Origin: the human T2T-CHM13v2.0 reference genome, Homo sapiens
NCBI RefSeq assembly: GCF_009914755.1
Contig: NC_060925.1
Length of the DNA: 64,000 nt
Strand: one strand, 5' to 3'
Positions 32,772-46,939 of the stretch are shown one piece after another (the stretch's first letter is position 1; the number at the start of each line of letters is the position of its first letter). A model generated the notes under the pieces. That model saw only the letters and a list, made by a program, of their open reading frames with translations. It was not told where the DNA came from and did not search any database. Both the position numbers and the translations under genes were made by a program.

Positions 32772-33107
<336 letters not shown>

Positions 33108-33343
33108 TAAATAAATATGTTTTAGTTACATGTTTTCCTTATGACCCTTCCATGTCATTCTGTAGAAATGTGTTCCTCCTACTAAGCGTTATCTGAGTCG
33201 TACCAGGGCAGCTCCGCTATTCCTAGCTAACTAACTAAGTGCTGAAAACCACGGTCTCTTACCCGCCCTTTCCTCTGGATGTATCAGATCATTTCAATTT
33301 GAAGTAATCTAAAAGGATAACTAAAATGTACACCCAATCTTAC

Positions 33344-33377
33344 CTATAGGTTTTTCCAACTTTTGAGAAGATACCAT
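33344..33377 (-). CDS. MKNK1: MKNK1 exon 2 coding part (MVSSQKLEKPI)
   Basis: ATG at 33377, TAG|GTAAGA donor, 34 nt joins exon 3 in frame. Confidence 0.88.
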
Positions 33378-33511
33378 CTGTAAACTTGAAATCCCAAATG
33401 AAATAAAGCTCCTGTCAGGAAGTTGGTGTCTTCCAGCTACACGAAGTGTCTCAATGGCCTTTGTGCGTAGGTGGCAATCTTCAGTTCTCCATCGGCCTCT
33501 GACATGGAAAC
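33378..33511 (-). other. MKNK1: MKNK1 exon 2, 5'UTR part
   Basis: Polypyrimidine tract and caAG|GTTTCC acceptor at 33512-33513. Confidence 0.88.
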
Positions 33512-33831
33512 CTTGAAAAAGCAGAAATAGAAAGGAAATCAAAATGCTGACTTCTTTAAAAGGACCAGAAAAGAGAAAGATCAATCTGAACGTGCCCCAA
33601 ACCTATGAGTTACCCCACTAAGTAGATATACACGCAACAATCACAGGTTTCCCATCTTTAAAATCAGACATTTGAATTAAATTTTTTGTAGAGATAGAGT
33701 CTTGTTATGTTGCCCAGGCTGGCCAAATTATTAGCAATGATTATTTGGGAAGGGGTGGCTTCTAATTCCTCTCTATCCCCACTGCCATTAAGCACTGGAA
33801 GATTTAACAAAGGTCTGAGTGAAATTTTTCA

Positions 33832-34277
<446 letters not shown>

Positions 34278-34899
34278 TCACAGGCAAGAGGAAACAGAGC
34301 CCGAAAGATAAAGTAGATGCTGAGAGCAGGAGGTGGCATGAATGGGAACAAGGTTTTGTGTCGAATACATAATTATTGCTAGTTTTCAATCTGATGACTT
34401 CATTTTCTCTATGTTCACTGTTATTTTAATACCATGGCTCTAGCTATACAAGTCAAAGTTGCTTTGTCAACTTCCCTATGAAATAAATATGCATTTCCCC
34501 TTTTCTCGGTGGAAAAGCCCTGAAAATGCAGTTTAACTCTGAATTCTGAGCCAAAATTTCTAAAAAGGCTTTCTAACTGGAAGTTGGGTGTGTTTCACCA
34601 TGACCTCAAACCACATGCCCCAAGTGGGACTTGTGCCCAACCCCCACCCACTGCCTCCTTCCTCTGACTTCTCTTCTTCCCTATCAGATCACGTCATCCT
34701 GCCAGTTATTCCTCAAAGGCAAGCACTTACCTTTTTCATCTTTGCATTACCAGCATCTAACATAGTATCTGGCAAAAATGGGCTCTAGTGAATCTGAATG
34801 AATTACTTAATACACGAAATATCTCTTTAACATCCAATAAAGATGTTAGCACATTGGACAGTCCTTCCTACTATGCTCTTTATTCCCAAACAAATCTGA

Positions 34900-35279
<380 letters not shown>

Positions 35280-35350
35280 TGAGCTTCCATTCTGTCTTTA
35301 GTCTTGTCATAGGTTTAGACCCCCACCTGGTCCCTTCTTGTTACCTATGG

Positions 35351-35682
35351 TAGGAGTTGGCAATTTTTTTTCTGTAAAGTGCCAGATGGTAAATATTTTA
35401 AGCTTTGTGTGTCACATGATCTTTGTTATGACTCAATTTTGCATTTGTAGAGAGAAAGCAGTAGACAATATGTAAATCAATGATTGTAGCTATATGTCAA
35501 TAAAACTTTATTTTTGGACACTGAAATTTAAATTTCATAGATTTTCATGTGTCATAAAATATTGATCTTTTCTTGATTTCTCCCCAACCACATAAAAATG
35601 TAAAAAGTACATTAGTTTGCATCCACACTAAAACAGGCAGTGAGTCAAATATGGCCTGTGGGCCATACTTTGCCAACCCTTG
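35351..35682. mobile_element. MER58B-like (hAT-Charlie)
   Basis: TIR-like ends taggagttggcaa / ttgccaacccttg; MER58-type internal sequence. Confidence 0.8.
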
Positions 35683-35879
35683 GCCTACAGTAGAAAAAAA
35701 ACCCCTCAGAATTCCTTATGGGCTTTGTGTTATTTTGCCACGTGGAGCCACCTTAGGCTGGGGAAGTAGAAAGCACAGGGCTTTTGGGCATTAGGTCCTA
35801 GGTTCCAGTTCTGGCCCTACCATCTACCAGCCGGGTAGCCTTGGACATAAAATTCAAACTCTCTGAGCTTTACTACCAT

Positions 35880-36117
35880 CATCTATAAAATGGGGCAATA
35901 ACACCTAGATCACAGAGTTGTCATGGCAATTAAGTGAGCTAATGTATATAGAGCTCGTGGCACCAGTATCTGGCATACAGTAGGCACTCAATAGTAACTC
36001 TTATTCCAGCTTCTGACATGGCTTCTCCAGATCAACTGCAGCTCTGGAAAGCAACCCAGCCAATCTGTGAACCACAGTTGGCCGCAGGAGGGAATAAACT
36101 GACAGCAAATACAAAGG
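35880..36117 (+). repeat. Local direct duplication, copy 1 (partner 38175-38417)
   Basis: ~240 bp colinear match, roughly 85% by eye. Confidence 0.9.
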
Positions 36118-37789
36118 CAGAGAGAGAATGTGGAGGTTTTCAGATACATGTCACAGGATTCTAAGTGCCTGGTTAGCCCTAATTCCTTCTGGCACCATTT
36201 AAAATTCCTCTGGTCCCTTTTTCCTCCTCAAAAATTACTTCTGACTCTCACAGTTCTTAAAGATTCTTAGCATTCTTTACCAACTACCCAGATGGACCCT
36301 GGAGCCCTCTCCTCATTCCTGTACCTCCTGCTGGTATAGGGCTGGGGTGGGGAAGGGTGACCATGGCCAGACCAAACCTACACAGATCCATCGGCCTGCA
36401 GCTGGGTCTTAAGTAGGCTGGGCCTGGCGAGGCACCCAATTCTCTCTCAATTGTTCATAAATTTCTTGCTGTACTGGGAATTAAATTTCTTCAGTGCTTA
36501 AGAACTAGACCTTCTACAGACGTTTTAGAGCAAAAAAAAAAAAAAAATCACCATGTATACAAACAAAAGATCCATCACATTACTTTCAAGACAGAAAACA
36601 TCAGTGAGGCACAGGTAAGGCTAAGGTTTATGGCATCTCTACTCTTGGTCCAAAAAGCCAGATCTCGACCTGTTACTTCCTTGCTCTAAAACTTCTAATG
36701 GGTGTCCACTGCCTCTGGAGTAACCAAGCTTCTGTGCTGTCACTCACGGCCTCCATCAACTTGTCCCAGACCAACCCTCTATGGGAGTCTTAACCTGCAG
36801 TCTCGTCAAAAGGGACTGTATTTCCACCTGATTGCTCTAACCAATTCCCAGCTTCCTACACTTGTGCATAATTAAATTACCTGTAACATTTTATTACGCA
36901 TCTTCCCCTAGACTGTTAGCCAGGGACAGGGTAGAGACTATGTCTCCTTCATCTCTGGGACCCCTACACCTAGCAGAGGCTCTGGTATGGGGCAACCACT
37001 TCATAATTGTTAATGAATGGATGGAAACAGCTGAAGTTATTCTTCCCTTAAGCTGTTTTAGCTGGACTCTTATTAGAAGACCGAGTACAGTCTGGGTCAC
37101 TGCCACAAAGCAGAAAAACCGAAGAGAAAGAAAAGAGGCATGACCAATGTGATCCAAGCAATGGAAAACAGGTTTTAAGAGTGAGGTTAAAGAGACCAAG
37201 GCTGTTTAGCCGGGAGAAGAGAAGATGAGGTTTAACTGGATTCTGGCTTTAAGTACAGAAAAGGTTCTCATGAGAAAATCTTGATCTCATCCTCCCTTTA
37301 AAATCAGAAGAAACTTTTCCATATTCATGGAAAATGGAACAAGAAGAAATGGCTTAAGTTAAGGCCTGAAGGGTTTAAGCTGGACAGAAAGAAGAACCAA
37401 ATTAGGCACCACTTTTCCAGAGATACTGTTATTGTACTTTTGGCAAGTGAATTGGAGGAGTCTTGCTTGGCACTCTTGTTGAAGGCTGTGAAAAAAGTAA
37501 TATATGTGCTGCTCTGTTCCTGTTTACTGTGGAGAGAGGTGAAAACACAAGTCAGGTAAGATTTTCTAACGAGCCACTGATTTTTATTGACCCATTTCCT
37601 ACAGGCACTTTCTGCCATGTTATGCATTGCAACCATGTGCTGGAACAATCTAGTATCTCAAAGGTTCCTGACAGGGCAATGGAAAGAAAGAGAAGGTAAC
37701 AATGCGGGGGAAGGGAAAATGGCCCTAATAAATATACTTTCTATAAAAACAGTACCAAACTGGGCATTCATATATTTATTAATATTATT

Positions 37790-38025
37790 ACTATTAAAGC
37801 TCACATTCATTGAGCACCTACTGTGTGCCAGGCACTGTGCTGTTGTATCTCAATTCTCATAACAACCCCATGAGGTAAGTAATATTTGTATTCTCATTTT
37901 ACAGATGAAGGAACAGAAACTCAGGAAGATTAAATAACTTGCCCAAGTCACACAGGTAGCAAGTGACAGAGCCAGGACTCAAACCCAGATAGCCTGACTC
38001 TAGAGTCCACATACCTAACTACTGT
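37790..38025 (-). mobile_element. MIR
   Basis: cattttacagatgaaggaacaga core. Confidence 0.8.
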
Positions 38026-38174
38026 CTCTCTGTAAGGATGAGAGGCTGGAATATAAACTCTAGTCTCTCTGAATCCTGTTTATATTCTCAGTTCTTCCTC
38101 ATACAGTCCCAAGCCAGGACATTAGCAAGAGTTGAGGCCTCAGAAGTGAACCAAAATACTCCTCTGATTATCAG

Positions 38175-38417
38175 CATCTATAAAATGGGGGCAATTACAC
38201 CCACATCACAGAGTTGTCATGAGAATTAAGTGAGCTAATGTATATGGAGCTCATGGCATCAGTGCCTGGCATACAGTAGGCACCCAATAACTAGTAACTG
38301 TTATTCCCGCTTCTGATATGGCTTCCCCAGATCAGCTGTGGCTCTGGAAAGCAACCCAACGACTCTGTGAACCATAACTGGCTGCAGGAGGGAATAATCT
38401 GACAGCAAATACAAAGG
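38175..38417 (+). repeat. Local direct duplication, copy 2 (partner 35880-36117)
   Basis: Shared blocks such as gctctggaaagcaaccca and ctgacagcaaatacaaagg. Confidence 0.9.
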
Positions 38418-40066
38418 AAAGAAACAGACTGAGGACTCTCAGATGATAATGAGCAGGTGCAGGACTTGAATGCCAGCCTCTGCACTCCAAGTTAGTGCTC
38501 TGTCCTACTTACAGACTCTTGTTGAATTTGAGGGTGAGAAAATGAAGAGACAGGATGTGCCAAACAGGCTGCCTCCCCCGACAGACCCTTTTGTAACGTC
38601 AATCTCCCATCAGAACCCATGCCTGAAATACCAGGGTCCTGCAGCTTCTGTAAACTGGTTCTAAGATTCTACTAGCTAAGGATGGCAATGCACTGATTTA
38701 TGGCACTGTGGGTGCTGCCAAAATGATCACCTATTAAACCTATCAAGCAGACCTAGTCCATGCAGCTTCCAAACTAGGCCAGTGATTCACCGTTTAAGCC
38801 TCTTCACTGATGTCCCCATTCTGGGACCATCTTTGCTCCAGTCTAACCTCCGTCCTGCTGCCAGAGAAAACCGAGCGCCAGTCAGGGCATTTGGAGCCTC
38901 TAGCATAAGGAAGATAACATGGGCCTTTGAACTCAGCACTGCTAGTTTTGAACCAAGCTGTGCCCTTACTATCTATCTAACCTTGGGGAAGTCACTTTAA
39001 TCTTTCTGAGGTCTGGTTTCCTCATCTTTAGATTGGAGATAAATAGGCCTATATTACAGGATTAAATATAGTATGTAAAGCAACCAGCATACTGCAAGCC
39101 ACAAAGCAAAGGAGACACTTTATAAATGCTAGTGTTCTGCTCCCTACTCCACTCTCTACATTTTAGCCAAAATCTGCCAATTCGGCTTACTTCTCCTCAC
39201 CAACTCCTCTCCCCTCCCACAACACACACACACACACCCCTACACCTGAGCATTTCTGCCTCTCGACTGTTGCTCAAGCTGTTCCTTCTCCCAGGAATAA
39301 ACTCCCTCCAAGGCCCAGCATAAATTCTCCACCTTCAGGAATCCTCTGGTCATGCTGGGATTGATTTCTCCTTCTTCCAAACTCCCACTTTGTTTACATT
39401 CCTTACTACATTTACCATAGTCAGTCTGATTTCAGTTATTTATGTACTTATCTATCTTCCCAACTACACTGGAGGGAGAAGGTTCTGAGAAGACAATTAT
39501 TTATAGGAGGGCAGGAAATGTGTTGTTTTCCTCTGTGTATATTTCTCAATACCAGGGTCTTGTACATAGCAAGAGCTCAATATGTGCTTACCGAATTGAA
39601 TCTTTCCATCCTATACTGGGAATCTTTACAGAAAGATCCCAGACTGAGTTCATTCTAAAACTGCATTTACTGCCTAACTTGATAAATAGGCAATTTTTGA
39701 AGTACATGAATATTCCTAAACTAAGATCCGCTAATACTCATGTGGGCTTGTTTCATTCCTTCATCCATTCTTCCAATACACTCTGGACTCTTCTTGGGAT
39801 CTCTCTCCAGCATATAAGGAGACATTGCTGGGACAACACTTCTCACTCACGGAGATCTGGGAGCAAGCTCTTTGGAGAACTGTTCCACCCCACTGGGTAG
39901 GAGGTGACTGCCATTAAAACCACACTAAAACCCAGAGCTGTGGAATTGGAAAATAGATCTGAATGATCTGCCTTAGTTTCCAAGCTATAACACAGAGTTA
40001 AAAACACTTTTAAAAACAGTGTCTGGAACACAGCAAGTGTGCAATAAATGTTCGATGTTGTATTAA

Positions 40067-40483
<417 letters not shown>

Positions 40484-41356
40484 TGAAAGTGGCGGAACCA
40501 GATGGTTGGTTTCCAAGCTCCTTCTACCTTCAACCATGTAAATTTTTCTCTGATCAAGAAATAACTTTCTCTTCCACATGCTGAGGCTGTTGGCAAGGGA
40601 AAATGTGCATTTATAGCTGCTGGTCCCCAGATGGGAGGAACCACTGTTTCCCAAGGCCAAGGGCAGAGTAAACTGATTAGAAAACCACCTGTGAGCTTTC
40701 CCCTGTTTGAACTGTACTATTAATACACCCAGTGCAGGTCTCTGAACAGAGCATTACCTACCTTCCAACAAAACTCACGGTCAAGGCAAGACAAGAGCCT
40801 GAAAACAATGGCTGCAATGAAGAATGCTTGCTTGTGCAGAATTCTTGTACTTTCTTGTTTTTGATGCCTGTAATTAGGGCATCAGTCTAAACTGGGGCCC
40901 TCCTTAGGCACAAAGAGGAGGAAAAACACAAAGTCCCATTCTGAACCTGACAGCTCATAAAACAAGGGCCAAACCTAGTAAATAAAAAATGTCACTGACT
41001 CACTTAACCACAAACACTGAAGAGGCCTACTATGTGCTGGCCCTATGCTGGACAGAGGAGGAAGGAAAGAGACATGGTCCCTTGCCACCCACGTACTCAG
41101 AGTACATATGGAGTGTACATATCCCTAGGCAGACTATGATGAGAGCTATATTAGAGGGTCAGCCTTTGCTACAGAAGATGGAAAGGGGAACAACTAATCC
41201 AGCAGAAGGCTCAGAAAAGCTTCACCATGGAGGCCACATGAGATGTAAGAGATGTAAGCCTTGAAAGATGAGGAGGAGGAGGGAAATCCAGGAAGAGAGA
41301 ATATAAGCAAAGGCTCGAGCAGGAACATGCAGGGAGTGTTTGAGAAACAGAGATTT

Positions 41357-41994
<638 letters not shown>

Positions 41995-42659
41995 CTCTAT
42001 ATAGTAGGCAATGATGCCCACCAAGGTTTCCGAGCAGTGTCTCAGGAAGAGCACAGGGGCACCCATGAAGAGGATGCAAAAGGAACCAAGTAATTCAATT
42101 ACTCTGGGACCACATTACAGGAGACCACATGCACTTTCTAAGCATGTGCTGGGCTCTGACAGCTCCTGTTCACAGAGCTTCCCTCTCCCATGGCTTCGCT
42201 TCATGCAATCTGAGTTGCCATCCCCCACAACTGTCAATATCTGCAAAATACCAGAGTAACAGGACTCCTAACCAACTCTCTGGATTACAGAGAGAGAAGT
42301 GTTGAGGTGGGAGCAGATGGGCAGAGGGGGCACCAAAGCCTCTAGCTGGCTCAGTTCCATATAAAACCCAACCCTGGATTTCCTCTTCACATCACTTCCA
42401 GCCCAGCCCTCTAATGAAGGGCTGAAGCTAAGGAGAGTGGGCTGAAAGCACCTGGCTGATGGGTGGTGATCCAGTGAGACATTACACCTACTGTCCAGCA
42501 TGTGCCTGGCGCATGGGCAGTGGTGCCCTTCCCATTCTGCAGGGTCAGTTCCATCTGTAAATCCCACTGAGGCTTCAAGGCCCAGGTCACAACAACTCTT
42601 CTCTCAGAGCCTTTCTAAAGTACCCCAATCCAAAATGACCAAGCTCCTAGAAATCACAG

Positions 42660-42885
42660 CTACCATGTATTCAGCACCCATTACATGACAGGCGCCATAC
42701 TAGGTGACTTCCATATAATCCTATTCACCCTTCACAATGACCCTATTATGGCCATTTCCTAGGGAAGAAAGTGAAGCTCTGGGAGGGGAAGCAGACTTGC
42801 CCCAGGACACACAGCTAAGAGGTGGAAGAGATGAGATCTAAACCCAGGACTCCCTGACCCTGAAGTTGAGCACTTCTAACAACAC
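42660..42885 (-). mobile_element. MIR
   Basis: gacttgccccaggacacacagctaag core. Confidence 0.7.
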
Positions 42886-43179
42886 TTCATTCCTGTGAGC
42901 CTGCCTGCCTCTGATCTGCCACTGTCAGGGAGCTTGGAGCTCTCTAGAAGACAGGGTGCACCTGACACTCTTATTACCTTTCCCTGTGGACAGCCATCCA
43001 CACAGGCAGGAGCCTTTAAATACTGAAAATAAATGAAAACAATTAACTTAAAAATAACGCAGTACACAGATTTCACAAATTCCTCACGTGAAAAACTATT
43101 CATGATACTGGACTGCCTGAGCCCTGCGCCCAGCCATAGCCTCGGTCCTGATCCCTGGGAGAGACTGAGTCTCAAACGG

Positions 43180-43760
43180 GCCACAGAGTAAGCGCCATCT
43201 CGGACACCGGCCACGCCCCGACCCCAGGCACAGAGGTCGCAGACAGCTCGGGACAGTCCTGAAAAGCGTCCCCTTAGGCTGTCCCTCCGCGGCTGAATCG
43301 CGTCGTGACCTCGGGCAGCCGTGAAGGCCCTGACTGCCCCCTTCCGGGCACACGAGCTCACTCACAGACCCCGGCCCCATTTAGCTCGGAGGAATACCTC
43401 GCAGGTCTCGCTTTTACCTTCGCTGGCTCCCGCCGGGGAGCGGTCGCGCGCACCCCTACCTGCAGATCGCTCCTCCGAGAACGCGGAAGAGGCGGTGCTA
43501 GATCCAGGGGGTGGGCCCGATCAGAGAGGAGGGTGAGGGGGCGGAGCTGCGCCTGCGCCCTGATGGCTACCCAGGGCCGCCTGAGGGCAGGGGGCTCGAG
43601 CTGAGCGAACTGCGCAGGCGTGACAGGGAAGAGGCGGGGAGAGGGGAGATTGCTGGCAAGCGGGTGGGGCTTAGCTCCTCCGGCGCTTTCTTTTCCGAAT
43701 GGAGGGTGGAGAAGCCCGGGAAGGTAGGAGGCCGGGCGCGACAGGTGTAATTAACATGTA
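43180..43760. promoter_or_regulatory. MKNK1 CpG-island promoter with GC box (~43538-43547), NRF1-like sites (43548-43558, 43611-43622) and an ETS core (CGGAAG, ~43484)
   Basis: High CpG and GC density; motifs GGGGCGGAGC, TGCGCCTGCGC, TGCGCAGGCG; no TATA seen. Confidence 0.85.
43418..43560 (-). other. MKNK1: MKNK1 non-coding exon 1 (5' end approximate); alternative donors after 43460 and 43398
   Basis: AAG|GTAAAA donor within a CpG island; junction gcgaag|gtttcc agrees with the mRNA as I recall it. Confidence 0.8.
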
Positions 43761-44824
43761 CTGAGAGCTTCTGCAGGCCAGGAAGGAATTTTAAAATGCC
43801 TTTTATATGTGGGGAAATGCTGCTAGTCTTTTCTAAAACGGGGGCCAATTCTGTACAATTTCTTTAAAAGTCTGAGTGCCTAGAATTTCACCATAAGAGT
43901 TTCTCCTTGAGTACAACATTATCCCCAGTATTTCAAAATTTTTAAAACTTTTAAAAGTTCATTTCTTGGGGAAAAACAACTGTAAATAGGTTAATGCCTC
44001 AACCAGTCTCCCCACATCCCCTTCCCAAGTCTGCAGCTGCGATGAGAAAGGATGAGAGTGTGGACTGGGATTTAATTCAGGCGCTGACTCCGAGTGATGG
44101 AGGTGAACATCCCTTCCCTGCCTGTCTCAGGATTATCGTGAGGATTTGGTAAGCCAAGCTAGTTAAAGAGCCCCAGGGACTTGCTTCCCATCATCCACCT
44201 GACAAACATTTGTTCCCTGTCTTGTCGGGGCTGTCTTTTCATCTGTATGATGGAAGGAGATTGGGAATATTAGTGAACATTCAGGACTTTGCTAGATTTC
44301 CCAATCTGGGTGAAGGCCGGAGAGGCGGAAGATCAAGCTTCTGTGTTCATTCCCTTCTGGAATCCTGCGGTCCGATGTATCCTGACTTCTCCCACTCATT
44401 ACCTTCCGTGGAGGCCGATCCAAGCTTCAAGTCTTCAGAGGCCCTGCTGGCCTGTTCCCTTCCCTGTTGCCTGTGGCAATAGCCCAAGAGATTCAGGACC
44501 TATGTTCCAGGTTCTCAAAGTTGCTATGTCCCTCACATGGCAATCAAATTCAGTTAACATCTTTGAGGGCTCTGGGGGTGCTCAGAGGAAGGAGGGCTCC
44601 CCCAAAGCAGGTGGAGCTCTAGTCATGACTGTGGCTTATTTCACCACATATTCCACAGCTTGCTGTGGGGTAGGGAGGAGAGGCAACAGGAAACCTCAGA
44701 GGCTGCAGTGTTTATGGGAGCCCAGGGTGATGCGGCATCCTTTACTCAATAGGTGGATGCTCTGCCCCAGGCTGGAGAGGATGGCTTACTACCTAGGTCC
44801 CTGCTCCAAATATTGTTTTGGAAT

Positions 44825-45123
44825 TTTTTTTCTTTTTTTTTTTTTCTGAGACAAGGTCTCACTGTGTTCCCCAGGCTGGAGTGCAGTGGCACCAGCTTTG
44901 CTCACTGCAACCTCTGCTTGGGCTCAAGTGATCCTCCTGCTTCAGCCTCCTGAGTACCTGGGATTACAGGCATGCACTACCATGACTGGCTAATTTTTGA
45001 ATTTTTTTAGAGGCAGGGTTTTGCCATGTTGCCCAGGCTGGTCTCGAACTCCTGAGCTCAATGATCCTCCCACCTTGGCCTCCCAAAGTGCTGGGATTAC
45101 AGGGAAGAGCCACTATGCCCAGC
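44825..45123 (-). mobile_element. AluJb-like
   Basis: Reverse Alu consensus. Confidence 0.9.
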
Positions 45124-46314
45124 TTTGTTATGGACCTTGAGCCAACAGGAAAATAAAGCCCAGCCTGACTTCTCAACCAAGCTGCCACTCTACCTCCCAG
45201 GACCCTTTGTTACTAGGTTTTGCCCCATGGGAGTGTGCTCTTTTATCTGCATCATTGAGGCCCTATCTCTTTCTTTTCCCCTTCTCTTCCTTTCTGTCTA
45301 TTCTTCTTTAAGCATCCCTCTGTGAATCTCTCAAAGCAATTTTGTGTCAGCTTCCTAATGTATTTACAGATATTCTCATGTAAGGTGCAGGTCTTGGGTC
45401 ACACAGTTCTAAGATAAATCTACTCTCACTGCCATGGTCATATTTCAAAATGACCATGAACCCAAAGCATGGGACTTGTAACAGTCTGAGCTGTCCAATG
45501 ACAGAGGAGGTAGTGAGCGATCTGTTATAGGAGGTGTGCAAATAGCACCCTTTTAGAATGCTGGGTGGGATTGGGCCTCCTGTGGTGAGCCAGAGGAAGA
45601 GGCAGCAGAATGGAGGGCCTTCCAGATTCTAGAGGAGTGACTAAAGGCAGGGATATTGGGGGCTGGAAGGGAAGCAAGGCAGCTGGCCAAAGACACACTT
45701 GATTCAACAAGCTATTATATGTCAAGCACTTAGAAGTGTACCTGACACATAATGAACATTAGCTGTTATGATGACTGTGAATGATTCATAGACTATATAA
45801 TGAAGGAGCTGAGATCAATCAGTCCTTCACTCCCATCACTGATAACAAAATAGATGAAGGATTGGGGTCTAGAGGGGGAATGGGCTTGCAATGGAACTTC
45901 AGGAGCTGGGCTGGGGCTACAACCTATGCCTTTGCCTCCCAGGAGAGCCTCTGCACAAAGCCAGGCTGGCTCCTTTGCAGGAAGAGGGAAGAGCTCTAGA
46001 TGGGCCTTTGTTGACTCTTAAGAACCAAGCTGCTTTTTAATTCCTGCCCAGGCAGCTTGTGAGTTGGGGCAGTGGAATGACAGCAAGACCTGAGCCAATA
46101 GATGCAGATGTCTACTGGGGAGTAAGCTCAGGAGTCAGGCCCATGTCCTGCCACCCCCACCGTAGCTCCAGCCAGCAACAAGTATCTTCCTCTTCAGGAT
46201 GGCCTCCTGTCCTGTAATTAGTGTTGGGATTGTATTTCCACTCTGTCCTTTTATCTACTACCTCAAAAAAAAACCACCCAGAGTAAGGGGCTGGAGTGAG
46301 AATAGCCAATGCCA

Positions 46315-46881
<567 letters not shown>

Positions 46882-46939
46882 TCAGTTCCTTCCATGGTCT
46901 GCCAAGAGCCATGTGGCACCCAGATCACCGCTTCCCACC

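Noticed and set aside
42876-43848. ORFs of 79-161 aa over the MKNK1 promoter
   Set aside because: Same CpG-island artefact; no protein-family motif
44289-44849. 186-aa ORF divergent from the MKNK1 promoter
   Set aside because: Non-ATG start, no motif, ends in Alu poly-T
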